64,000 nt of DNA, from contig OZ234494.1 of the NCBI GenBank assembly GCA_965153455.1, positions 8,618,001-8,682,000 on the forward strand, read 5' to 3'. Below are positions 26,290 through 39,832 of the stretch, in pieces; position 1 is the first letter of the stretch; each line of letters begins with the position of its first letter. This stretch comes from Sphagnum compactum (Eukaryota). The notes under the pieces are model-generated. The model saw only the letters and a program-made list of their open reading frames with translations, did no database searches and was not told where the DNA came from. A program made the translations under genes and the position numbers.

Positions 26290-28500
26290 TTGGTTTCTGA
26301 TCGACCCAACTTTCCAGCTACTAGAATCTGAAGATGAAGATGAAGAGGAAGATAACTTTTCAATAGAACCCGATCCTAATGTGAAGAGCAAGGGGCCAAC
26401 AACGTCTTCTAAGGCCGAGCCTATTGAATTTAACAATCCTCCCCAAACACAGTGAGAAGTTGGTTAGTTAAGCCAACAACCATTTTTTGGTTTTGCATCG
26501 GAAAAGGACATATTGCCAGCAATGGGTAGTTTATACATGGGACGTTTGCGATAGCAACTTCCAACCCCCTCATCTGGGAAGCGAACACCTACTAAGTAAT
26601 CCCCATCTCATGAACCAAGCCCAAAAAGGCAAGACAGGACAAGGAGTCCAAGTCTAGACGCACCATTGAAAACTTCACTTATGAGGCCTACCTTCACATT
26701 TTCCGGTATCGTTCCCTCTCACACCTAGTCATTGTTCCAAAGGCTACATGATAGGTTGCAAGGTGAGGGTGTTCCAATTGATGGTATACTACAGATGGAC
26801 ATTCCTCCAAACTTCAATTCCACTGGGACCTAGGCAAGGTCTCCTCCTAGAAATGAAGAGGCTTCATTTTCGATACTCCTCCTTCACACCCCTGGTTCGG
26901 TTGGGACTAGACCTCAACCGAAAAAGGAATCTCTTCCCTAGCAGTCCTCTCTATAAGATTTGGAGGACCACCTGTATGTTTTTGGTACTTATGTGCAAAC
27001 GATAGGCACATCGTGGCACGCTTTTGAAGCAACTAGTATCGAAAAAGAGGTTGCATTCGAAGATGTTTTCAATGTAAAGGCTGAGGTCTTGCGTTTGAAG
27101 AACAAATTACACCAAGCACAAATGCAAGCTTGGCAAGATGCTTTGATGATCCAGACACTAGAGTCAGCCACGTCCAACTTTGCGAGTATGCAAACTTAGT
27201 TGGAAAAGTCTCTGGCCAAAAACAAAAAGTATCAAGTTCAACTCCCTACCTTCCAAGATAGGTTGACTGTTATTATGGTTGATCTAGACCGTTTGTAGGT
27301 CGAAAGAACGAAGTTGGAGGTTGAATATTGAAAAAAGGAGACAAGTTGAAAATCGGTGGAGTTAGTTGTTGCAATGGATGCGCACAAGCCTAGAATTGCA
27401 ACGAAATGAACCAAGCATTTAAAGAAGGAAAATGCTAACTTAGACACGAAATTGCGCTCCTAAGCAAATGATTGGCAAAGGTGAGAAAGTTTGCTCATCT
27501 GAGCTATCTAGTTGCCATGCTTACTGAAGCTCAACATTTTGCCAAAGCCTCCAACACACCAATTGTGATGATAGTCCTGATGCCTCAACTCTAAAAATCC
27601 TATCACCTGCTTGGAACAAGACCTTAATCCCGGGCATGAAAAATCTAGTGAAGTCATCATGAGATCTCGTAGAATAAGGTATCTAGATATCTCCAACCCT
27701 AGGAACTTCCTTGGTTCTATCTGACACAATGTGGATAGATCTATGTGAGATACAAGGTGAAGTGGAACTGCTGCTGCAATTCTGCACTTGTGTATTAGCC
27801 GCTTGCTCCATCTTGTGACTTTACCCACACTTTCACCCGAGACACACATCCATTATGTGTGATTTTGATGGCAATATCTCCAACCTGTGCTTCTGCAGGA
27901 TTGAATCCCACCACAGTCACCAAAACCATTGAGCGTCTGCAACTCAGTATCTAAGAGTTATCTTGCCATACTCCCATCACTCAGAAACAACTAGAGGACC
28001 TACAACAACAAATTCAATTGTTCACCCAGAAGATCAAAAAGGTAGAATACACCTTCCACTAGATGGTCGAGTTGGAAGGGATCAAAACCAAAAACACATT
28101 CATGAAGGCAGAGCTTTTCATTTATCAACAGAAGGTTAGGAAGAATCAGGTTAAACAATGGGAGTTCTACAAGACGTAGAATACCAAAATTCTAACGAAA
28201 TCTTCTCTAGTTATCGAAAAGACAAGGAATTGTACAAACTTTTGTTAATTGCTTGTGCCCAAGCTTTCCCCAACTTCGTCTTTTTTTGTTGGCCCCTGTC
28301 CAACTAAGATGTCGTTTAGAACTAGATATGGGATAGTTAATATGGGAGGAGCAAAAGAAGGAACCGAAACCATGATGGAGGTGGATTTCATTGTTGTTGA
28401 AATGGTAACCGAAAGCACTCAAGCCACACCTAACACTATTGAGTCTACCATCAAAACTTTGCATCCCTCAACTATCTACCATCATAGAAATTGAAGAGGG
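26290..28500 (+). pseudogene. Decayed accessory ORF with acidic N-terminal part and coiled-coil segments, upstream of the PPT
   Basis: Fragments LESEDEDEEED..., EKEVAFEDVFNVKAEVLRLKNKLHQAQ..., KQLEDLQQQIQLFTQKIKK. Many stops. Confidence 0.45.
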
Positions 28501-28782
28501 TACCAAAAACCTTCAGCCAAGGGATGGAACTCGAGTTGCTCTTATGGTAAAGTAAATGACTTTTTGGTAGAAGTGTAGGATAGTACTATTTGATCCCGAA
28601 GATGTGATCCAAAATAGAAGGGAGAATAATGTTAAGGTTAGAAAGGTTTCTAGGCCAATTCTTGAAGAATTGTAATTTTGTACCGAAAATCAAACTTTAT
28701 CGATTTTGAAATATAAATTAATTTTACGTTACTACCAATTTTACATTACTATTAATTTGAGGTTAAAACCGGTTTTACGTTA

Positions 28783-31467
28783 CACTAGTAGAAATTGGCT
28801 AAAATGTAACCAATCTCTTTGCGACTACATGCGACTATTAGTTATTTGCAACTACATTTGGACATTTTTGCAACTACATTGCAACTAGTTTGCAACTAGT
28901 TTGGTGTTCATCCTTCCATGTGAACAACATTTAGTTAAGTTTTCATCCAAGAAGAACAATTTATGTCCCATTAATTGCAAATGTGACTAATTTAGTTGTA
29001 ACCCTATAAGTATATAAAGGTATATTTTGTGAATTTTAAAAAATATAGTTCGGTGTATTAGGATTTATAAATGTATAATTTGAATGTATATGAACAACCA
29101 TATTAGATGTGTATTCAAATATTATTATTATCATAAATGGCCTCAATATTATGGTTACATTAAATGGTATATATTTTGAGTATATCAAAAGTATACATAA
29201 GATATTTGTTAAATATATTGTGCCCATATTATAAGTTTATCCAAACCATTTTATTATACTTTTTAAAATTATTAAAAATGACATTTATTATTATTTGTAT
29301 TAATATTATATTATAATTTTATATTAATTACATGTAATAAAAACTAAATTTAAATATTATCTTTAACTAAAATTTAAAAACAGTAATATCTTGTTACATA
29401 ATGATCATAATGATGATGATATTAGAATGATAAGAAAAATAATTCTATAATTATTGAAGTAATTATAAAATTTTTAATATATTATTAAATTATTATTAAA
29501 TTCTTTTCAAATGACTAATGTACTTATTACGAATTAATTTTTATTTCTTAAAAAAATGAAAACTTAAGTATAATAAATCATAATAGTCTAACAAGTGACA
29601 TATAATAATAATAATAATAATAAAATAGCTAACCTAGGCTAGTGAAAAATTACATTCTTGTTATTTTATTATAAGTGTTCAATTATGAAATATTCTTAGA
29701 TTAATATAATAATTATTAAGAAATATTAATATATAGTTTTAAATTTCTGTATTTAAAATTTATAGTTGAAATTTATTAATATTAATTATTAATAAGTCAA
29801 TGATTATAATCATTTACTAATATATATTTCTAATTTTCAGTTCTATTATTTTATATTTTATAATGATTACTATATTAGTTAGAATAGAAATCTAATAAAT
29901 TATTATACAAATGCAAAAACTATTTTCACAGGAAAAATATAATTATTAAAAATATATAATATTTATTGTAATATTTCATAAATTAATTAATGAGTGAATT
30001 AGTAATATGAATAATAATAATAAAATAGTTAACCTTGGTTACCAACTAGCTACAATAATAATTGAATTAATGATATTTTTACTATTAAATATTTACTTAT
30101 ATATTTACTATTAACTATATAAATGAAACTAATAATGGGAATAATTATAATAAAATAGTTACCCTAGGCTAGGTTTTAATTATATTATTAGATATAAAAA
30201 CCTAATAATCAATATTTATAATTAATAGTTATTTATAATTAAATATTGAATATTTCAGTTATTACATTAATTTATTTGGTTACGAAATAATAATTTATTA
30301 CTTAGTAATAATTAGCTAAATATTTCAATATTAGCCAATTACTAGTTAATTAAATTGGTTGATAGATTATTATAGTTAATATAATATTATGGTTTATCTA
30401 ACTAATAAATTAATTAATATTTAATAATAATATATTAAATTCAGTAATAATATGATATTGATTATTATTACTATACATAATTAGTTAGTTTTTAGTTTAG
30501 TTGTTAATTCATTAATTAGCAAGTTTATTAATTTATTTTTCTATATTTCATTTGTTAAATAATTAATAATTATATTAGTTAATTAGTTAACTAGTTGGTG
30601 TCACTTATTTACTTAATTATATACTTTTCAAGATGGGAATGATAACCAAAACATATGGGATAAACTTTTTAGTTACAAGTCGTTTACAACTGAACATTTT
30701 TAGTCGTAAACAACTTGCAACTAAAATTTTTATCCCATATGTTTTGACTTTCATTCCCATCTTGAAAAATATATAAACAAGGTGTTTTGTTTTACATTTA
30801 CATATGAAAATAGATGGGCATATGGGATGAGTCATTAAATATGACTTGACCCAAAGTAAAATATAAATATTCATGTACTTACACCTAACTACCTACTTCC
30901 CTAACTTGCCTACCTATTTTTCTACCTACCTACCTACCTAAGTAGGTATTTGGCCTAGGTAGGTAAATAGGTCCTATCTAGATAGGTGTTTAGCCTAAAT
31001 GGGTAGGTAGGTCTATAGGTAGGTACTTAATGCAACCTATAGACCTAAATATTGATTTAAATTTAATTTGGAAAATATCAATTAATATGCCTCATGGAAA
31101 ATTTTTATTGCACCATGTGTCACAATCTAAACCATCCAAACATAAAAATTAAACATCTTAGATTATTTCAAAATAATAATAAAATATTTTCAATTATTAA
31201 AAGTTTGGACACGTGGCAACACATAACTTGTTCCCATTGTTCACCAAAAAAGTCGCATCTTAGTTGCAAACGACAATACGTATATGACTAGTCACAGGAT
31301 AAAAGTGTATTTTGTTGACTTTTCTTTCATCCAAAATTCGTTGTCGTTTGCAACTAGTGTCAATGCCACTTGTCCAACGCGACTATTAAAATTTTAGTTG
31401 CAAATGTCGCTTGCAACTAAAAATTAGTCACATGGACCAGTCGCAAAATGGCCATTTTCTATTAGTG
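28783..31467 (+). mobile_element. Non-autonomous CACTA DNA transposon, copy 2, inserted in the 3' LTR
   Basis: CACTAGTAGAAATTGGC...GCCATTTTCTATTAGTG, colinear with 5840-8549. Flanks read GTTA|...|GTTA. Confidence 0.95.
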
Positions 31468-33719
31468 GTTACTACCAATTTTAGGTTAAAACTAATTTTA
31501 AATCATTATCAATTTTGAAAAATTGTTTATGAATAGAATTGAAAAATTAATCGTCGATTCTGACTTCAATTCTAGATTCTAGATGTAGGATAAGGTTGGA
31601 TAATTGGAGTTTAGGAGGATTTCTAGACATTTTTCATTTTTTTAAGACCCCCATCGTTTTTTTATGGGCAGTGAAATCTTCTTTTGAAAAAGCTCAAAAG
31701 GTCTTTTTTTTATTTTTGTTTTTGTATACGACCGTAATGTAATTTTTGCACTCTAAAGTTCTTTGAATGAAGTGAGTTTATTTTTGCTCAAATTTTTGTT
31801 TTGCAAAATGTGTTGGAGGTGTATTTCCTACTTGTTGTTTTTGGAAATGCTACAGAGTTATTTTTTATCATTTACTTGTTTTTCTTTAAAGAAAGTGGTA
31901 GGGTATTTGCCTAACTATTTTCCACTTATTTTTAAATAACTATTTGTTAGTTAACACTAGCAGATTTGAAGTGTTCAAGTTTGTATTGATTTTCAATCAA
32001 GACACCCAGGAATTGACCAGGTGGGCCTAACAATGACATTTAGTTGAATGTAGTTGTAAATAAAATGGTTGCATTTTAACAAATTTTTTCTATTGAAAAA
32101 TGATTGAAGATCAAACTGTGCAATGTTTTTTACATTTTGATTGAATGTAAAATAAATAAATAATGGGTGTCGAAATAATATTCTAAAAATTAATTAAATA
32201 TTCCACAGTGAACTATTGAATTAACACGTGTATTATGTTATTAACTTGTTAATAGGTTATCATATTATTGTTAAAGTCTTAATGCAAATACACTTGTGAA
32301 CAAACCTCTAGGTTTACTTATTAAAAGTTGAATGTATAAAATATATCAATTATTTATTTTCAAGTAATTAATGAAAGTGTGTTAGTGTATTCAAACCTAA
32401 ATTATGTGAATGATGCATTTGAACCTTAGATTAGGGGTGTACATACATAAAATACACATTCTAATTAATGTGTTATTTTCTGGTTTAAAATTTCAAATTG
32501 TTGCGAAAGGTTTTTTTTTTGGGTTACCAATGCAATGATTTTTCAAAAAAGTTGATAATAATCAAACATTTGAAAAATTGAAAAAAATCACCACATTTGG
32601 ACTCAAACTTTAATTTGATAACATATTTTTTAATATTTTTTTAATAACCTATATTGAACTAAAACTTGTTGTCGTTTACTATCATGAAATCAAAATTTGT
32701 GCACACATCATTACATCAATTTTTGATAATTATGTCCCAAACATCAAGTTATCAAACTTTACAGTGGTCAACATATCAACAATGGAGAAAATGCATTTGG
32801 TCTCAATTTCCAAGATTCCAAAAACATTTCTTGCATTAGGAACCCTAAATTAGGGAATTAGGATACATGTTTCTTCTACCAAGAAAGAGAACTTTTCATA
32901 TATTCCTTTGAAACAATAGTTTGCCAAAACAAGGATAACTTAGATTTCCACAAATCCTTATTGGTTTCCTTAATGGATGCAAAAACTTACACAATGAGTC
33001 ATTTGCAACAAGTGGTTGTGGAGGAGTTGTATTTGTTGATTAGGGTTACTTAAGGACTTGAACACTGCAACCAACATGGGAATAACTATCCAATACAACT
33101 TGAGCTTAATCCTTCCCAATTAAGTTTGTCACACATTTCAAGCTTTTGAATATATTATCCAACATGAGCACCAAGATGTTGTGGGCCATCTATGTATCAA
33201 ACATAACACAAAAAGAAAAAATGGCATGGAACCATCTTAGCATATACAATTTTAACTTCCATCAAACTCCCCACCAATCATAAACAAAATAATAGTTTGG
33301 CCCATGAATCACACTCAACTTCAAATTTTAAACAGATGGAAATTGTGACGTCTTTGGCATCATACAATTCGTACCCATTGATTTGATTTAGAGCACACTA
33401 CCTATAACTATATGGTTGAAAATGTTAATCATTGTTTGAAAAATAACCTAAGTTATTCCAAAAGGCATTCAAGCTTAAAAATGGAGCAATTGCCGCATGT
33501 GGCAAATTATGAATGCATACACATATTCCATTATCTCCTAAAAAACATGACTTTTGAAACAAACCTTCACAATATCATAATGTGTTTTTTGTGATTAAGA
33601 CATTTATTGATTGTCTTAGTTTTAGTTATGTAGTCATATGTTGTTAATCATAATACCTTTGATCATCATTGTGATTACGTTGTAATGGGATTACAATTAC
33701 ATGATTACATGTTAACCTA

Positions 33720-36700
33720 TATATACTTAGTTTATAGGCTAAACTAGGCTAGGTTACATACTACCTAGCAATTAATGTTGGCACGGTCTAGGTTTTTAGT
33801 TTAAGTTTAGGGTTGGATCAAGGTACCTGACCCAACGGGTTTCAATGGGGGGAAAGCCTAGAACCTTACCCTCCTACCTACCTATCTGAGTAGATTTGTA
33901 AAAACATTCAAAACATTCATATACTATATGTTGACAAAAGATTGCACCATTTGAAAGTGTAATTCATGAGTTAAGGACTTAATTTTCATCATGGAGGTAA
34001 AAAATTCAAATATTCATACTTGCAACCTAAAATAGGTTACCTAGGTGGGCCTAGAATTTTGAGCTTTAGGTTGTGTAAGCTAATTTAGGTGGGCTTAGAA
34101 TATTAAGCCTTAGGCTGCTTAGGTGGGCCTAAAATATTAAACCTTAGGTTGTTTTGGTGGGCTTAGGCTACCTAGCCCTAAGGTAGGCTAGGTGCCAATT
34201 AGGTCATTTAGCCTTCCATCATGTGCCACATAAGGTACCTAGCACATGAAACTTAGGCTAAGTACATTATGAGAAAAAGGGGTGTTTTACAACTAGCCTT
34301 GTAACTCAATTTTTGAATTGCATCAAACATTTTCAATTCATTGTATTTATATGCCGTGAGTGCTAATGGACAAATTGCATGAGTTACAAAGCTGCAACTC
34401 ACCATATATATGGTGCAATTCATTGCATTTCAATTGCAATTCTATCAAAACAATTCATTTTCAACTATTATGCAATTCCATTATAACTATACCCATGATG
34501 TCATACTAACGTCATTAATTGTCATCCATCCATTAAAATCTAACACGTGGCATTATGAAAAAATTTGGACATAAAAATCATTTTCTTTTTGAAATATTGA
34601 TCTCCATCATCCATTATGATTGTTGATGATGGTCCGAAATTGTGACACGTGGCACAATAATTTTTTTGCCACGTGGCATATTAATTATTTTGGAATTATA
34701 TATATATATAATAGTTAGTTAGGTCGTACATAACCATAAGTAGGTAGGTTGGTAGGTTTTAGGACCTACATACCTAAGTAGATAAGTAGGTAAGAAAACA
34801 CAAGACTAAGTGAACTCAAGAATAACCATGAAAATATATATTTTTAATTTTATGTTTTGCCTTTAGGGCTAAATTTTTATGAACTCATCCGAACATGGCA
34901 CATGTATTTTAATGTGAAAATGCAAGAAAAGACACATCCTTTATATAGTTTGTGAAATGAGATTTTGAAGACAAAGCATATGGGTTAAATCTTTTAATTT
35001 CACCCTAGTTGCAATCGAGTTACAACTACAAAAAAAAATTTCCCACATGTTTTGTGTTTGATTTTAATTTTGTAATTAATCTGAACTTTATAATTAATCA
35101 TTTGACATAATTATTGAGATTTAATTATTTGAATTGAATATCTAGTAATTAATTATATAGATTTACTATTTTAATTAATTAATATAATTCAGATAATTAG
35201 TTAGTTAATTTAGATAACTAATTATCAAAAAAAAGTATGAGATAATTAATTATAAAAATAGTGATTTTCATAATAAATGATTTGAATTCAAGTAAAATTG
35301 AATAATTATTCACCTAAATTAAAAAATATATTATCTAAATTATTTGAATAATCAAAAAAATTAAATAGTTCTAGTTAGGTAATGAATTTAGATAATGAAT
35401 TATTTAATTTTAGATATCTATTTATTTATTATCTGAATTAACTAACAAAACAGTTATTTAATTTAATTGATGAATTCGTATGAATATTTTATTACTAAAA
35501 TTTATTAAATATTTTAAATATTAATTACTAATTAATAAATTATTTTAAAAATTATGAAATATTAAATAATAAACATCAATTTGAGGATCAGACATCAAGA
35601 TATACATATCCATATGTATTCCCTTATTGAATAATTAATAAAATATACACATTGCTTTTAATTTCAATTCAAAGTAGGCTTTCACCTTCCATGAAATTCT
35701 ATGGTTTGATATGTATGTATGCCAACATGATATTGTGAATTACAATGTAGTGGAATATTATTAATACACCAATTGAACACCAATCACAAAAAAAAAACTA
35801 CAATATTTACTATGGTATTTAAAAATTAGTTATTTATTTAAGTATGAAAAAAAATCCGAATTAATTAAATTCATAAATTTTCTAGATAAAATTGATTAAT
35901 TTATATCAATTTTTAATTATTTAATTTAGCTTTTAGTTTATAGTAATTAAGTAAATTAAGCCATAAATTAATAATTAATATCTAGTAAATGATTTCTAAA
36001 TATTAAATATCAAATATGCCATAAGATGCAACCTTTGTGGGTGTCAAGGAACTATTTGGAAAAGAATCAGTTATTAATTCTACACATGGTCATGTAGCCG
36101 AAAACAATTCTAGGTGTATAAACTTGAATACCTTGATGTACCTCCAATATAAATATTGTAAATATAATTTCTATAACAATGGGATCCAATTTGAGGTCTA
36201 CAAATTCACACTTTATATGAACAGTGAATCAGTAGTATTTTATTAATGGCAAAATAATGGCACCGTAATGACTTCCAATTGTAAAACAATGCCAATATTG
36301 TGACCTCAGAGTGGCACATGTATATGTAACAACTAGTGGCATTTGGGTGGCCACATAATGGCATAATTGTGGCACAATAGTGGTACAGTAGTGGGCAACT
36401 AGTAGTACAATAGTGGCCAATTAGTGATAACATAATGACTAACCAACTACACGAACAAACTTCATAATTGAAAACCAATTACAAAGTTTGTACCTCATGG
36501 ACAGTGGGAATGCAGACACATGGCATAATTGCATGTATGAAAGTTATATTCTAGTTGCAAAAAAGTTGTTCAATGTGTAGCTCATTTTTAATAATCTTAA
36601 TTAGTTGCACGTTACAACTATAATGCAATTCCTCAAAAAGCCAAACGTAGTTGAGTACATGCGTAAATACGATGCATATAAATTACCATATATGAAACAC

Positions 36701-37170
36701 ATTTAGAACTACGATGCAATTATCGAACAACTGGCTTATTTTTTAATGTGGAAATTTATTTATTAAGTCATTGTATTTATAAAATGTAGTTGCATAGGAG
36801 TTGCACTTTGGAAGATGTGGTTGCAATACAATTATACTTGAGTGATTTTTGAGTTTTAGTTGTAGGGTAGTATGGTCTTCGTGGACATGATTTCTCATAG
36901 TGCCAGTTGCCATGTAAGTTATTTAGTCCAAAGCCTAACCTAGGTGGCACCTCGGCTACCTAACCCTAGGGTAGGCTAGGTGTCACCTTGGTTGTTTAAC
37001 CTTAAGCATAGACTATTTAGCCCTACATTAGGCACCACATAAACTATCTAACCTTTTAAGTTTAACATGTAGATGTTTCAGGTTATCTAACCTTAGGCTG
37101 CCTAAGTTATTTAACCTTAGGTCAAGCCTAGGTGGCCTAGGGTATCTAGTTTTAGGTTGGGTTAGATATG
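33720..37170. repeat. TAGG-rich low-complexity repeat element split by the CACTA at 34265-36902
   Basis: GGCTACCTA(G/A)CCCTA(A/G)GGTAGGCTAGGTG occurs on both sides (~34166-34194 and ~36954-36982), plus many TAGGTGGGCC/CCTTAGG units. Confidence 0.55.
34265..36902. mobile_element. Non-autonomous CACTA element of a second family
   Basis: Termini CA(T)TATGAGAAA and TTTCTCATAGTG. Subterminal TGCAA-type repeats and an AT-rich core. TSD not matched (GTA vs CCA). Confidence 0.7.
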
Positions 37171-39118
37171 TGGCATCATGTGAACACCTTTTCAATTGCC
37201 ACGTATGCACAAAATATGGGTTAAAAAAAATCGTATTTCACATATAATTCATTTTATCCAATGGCCAAAATTGTTTGATTTAATGTCCTTCAAGATTATA
37301 ATAAAAATGGCCTTAATTGTATATAGGTTTATAATTGCATGATTAAATGCCCTATGTGATGTGTCCCATTCAATTGTGCCACGTAACCATATATTTATTA
37401 TTTGACTATGGATTTAATCATGGATGAAGTTGGGGCCTAGTTGTGGAAAGACATTTTGGCATTGTACTAATTTTAACTATAGGTGTTTACAATTTTTGTG
37501 GAGGCAAATTAAGCTCAATGTAGCCTTCCCACTCTTGCTTCCTTTTTTTTTGATTTCTTAGTCCATGTGATGGTCTTTTGAAAGATATATTATGTTATGT
37601 CAAGGATACCTCCTTCATGCTTTGGTAAATTGTATTATCATTTGTAGCATACTAGCACACTTTGGACATCACATGTCCAATGCACACATATGAATACAAT
37701 TTCTTCAACTAGAACACATCACATGAAACAAACTTGAGACAAGGCAACATTCAAATTAAGTGGCCAAGTTCTTGCTTTCATTTTTCACACAAGTAATGAC
37801 CTTGCCTTTCAATTAAAACTCAACCATAAAAGGTTTCTTTATTTTTGCTACGGATATTCCATTGATTTCTAATGCTTCAAATAATCCAATTGTAGCATGG
37901 CAAGGAATTCAATTGTGGTTTAGAAAGTTCATGATTAGAGCAAATGTGTCAAACCATGTTTGAAACATCCACAAATCAAAGATCACATGAACTACCTCAC
38001 AATGTGCCACAATAAGAACATAATGATCCATAATACTTAGAAACATGAGAAGGATGTATTCATTGACAAGTTGTTTTTGAATAAGGAAACAAATTTTACC
38101 ATTTGTTAAGGGTACAAGAATCATGGAGATGAATAATGAAAAGACAAACCTAAGTCTAAATCCAAACATAGAACATAAAAACCAAAACAAAATCACAATA
38201 GACTGAAAATAAGAACATGAAGTGTGTAAACAATTTTTTTGTGTGAAAGTATGAAAATGTATATACAAAAGGAATAGAACAAGGTTATAGATCACGATCA
38301 TAGCTCAAATTAATGTTGAACAAATTGAACATAATGGGGGGTTGTACATTTATTTATACCCATTTTGAAACTTAACTCACAAAATCTTCCATGGAGGTTT
38401 CCATGTGCCCACCAACCATGTTCATTTACCATGGTACCTTGGCAACTTCGGCACAAATTAAATCATTTTTAATTTTGTCAAAATTTTCAAAAAAATAGAT
38501 TATTACGCCAAATTCAAATTTATTATAAAATTTGAACCTTGACCCTCTCTAGTTTAATATAAGTTCACGAGGACAATCCAACCAAGAAGACAATTGAAAA
38601 CTTTTAGTAGTGGAGGCAGTTTTATTATATTTATTTTGTACATGTCAAAATTTTATCAAAACTAAGTTGCCAAATTAAAATTCCCAATATATTAATTATT
38701 CGGTAGGTTACTACCAAATCTGCCAATGTATTAAGGTATTGACAAAAAAAACGCCCACATAATAGCATTGGGGTGATGTGTGACCCATAGATTTTCATTT
38801 GTTTCTAGTTGCTAAAGTGGCATTTTTTAAACACCTTTCACCTTGGCAAAAAATGATATCTTCATGAATTTCAAAACATTATGACACAAAAACTTTTGTA
38901 AGCCCTATTTCTATTTTTAAGCTTTCAACATCCCACAAATCATTAATGCTTAGTAGCTTGCCTTTAAGTCTTGCCTTCTCACAACTCCATAGAAAAATCA
39001 ATGCATGTAGTTGATGGCTTAAGCAAGTTTGAGGTTATGATGCAGGAAGTTGTAGATAGATGCATATGAAGTCAACCAAGTTTCAAACATAATATTTGAA
39101 CAACATGACTTGACTGGT

Positions 39119-39392
39119 GGGTGAAAATCCTTTAAGGTGTACCACATAAAACGAAAAGGGTTTAGGTTTCACTATAATCCTTTTTTACCTTATATTTTGA
39201 TCACCATTAAAAATAATGAATCAAAAGGTGTATAAAATTTCAAAAGGATTATATTTTAGAATATTACAATTTTAGACTCCATCATAATCATCCATAAATG
39301 TGTCTTTACATGGTAAAAAAGGACTAGGTAAAAAAGACAAAAAAGGGTGATGTTGTGACAAGATTTTGGTACACCTTAAAGAATTTGCACCC
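39119..39392 (+). mobile_element. MITE (~274 bp), GGG...CCC termini, 4-bp TSD; Sola2-type signature
   Basis: TIR GGGTGAAAATCCTTTAAGGTGTACCA / TGGTACACCTTAAAGAATTTGCACCC. TSD TGGT on both sides. Second copy inverted at 59950-60220. Confidence 0.9.
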
Positions 39393-39832
39393 TGGTAATT
39401 AAGTATATATATACCATAATTGATATCCTAGCTGATACCCTGAATTTAACATATAAACCCATACAACATTGTTGTTAACCTAATGTCAAAATTTTGAAAA
39501 CAAAAAAAAAAAACAAAACTTCTAATTAAGACATTTGTCATTCAAATTGTATAACATGGATCCATTTTTCCTCCAAGGATGTGAATGTTTTAAATATTCA
39601 TAAATAACTTGAACCACGTTTACATAATATTTTCTAAAGCTTTAAGAGAAATTTCACAATGTATTTTGAAGGCACCTCATATTTGTGGAAATTCTTTTTT
39701 TGAAAGAGGAAGGACCTTACACCCATTCCAAGAGTGTCCCACTCAGAGGAAGTGGAAGAAGGTAGAACCTTCCACTTCATATGCCTTGTGATCCATGTTT
39801 ATTTAGATTCTTGATAATGTTCACCTTTTTTT

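Larger units (their letters stand above)
22545..32032 (+). mobile_element. LTR retroelement lacking recognisable gag/pol (LARD-like or deleted), with 5-bp TSD
   Basis: TSD ATGAC at 22540-22544 and 32033-32037. The 5' LTR (22545-~23188) is 3'-truncated. The 3' LTR TGTTA(28630)...TAACA(32032) is preceded by the PPT AATAGAAGGGAGAATAA. The LTRs are colinear but visibly diverged. Confidence 0.88.
21787..32095 (-). mobile_element. Older diverged CACTA-family copy (21787-22544 plus 32038-32095) interrupted by the LTR element
   Basis: 21787-22050 aligns by eye with the reverse complement of the right end of CACTA 5840-8549. 32040-32095 aligns with the reverse complement of its left end. Confidence 0.65.

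Noticed and set aside
38430-38740. Weak inverted termini (TACCTTGGC...GCCAATGTATTAAGGTA) as a MITE
   Set aside because: The match is short and degenerate, with no TSD and no second copy in the window.
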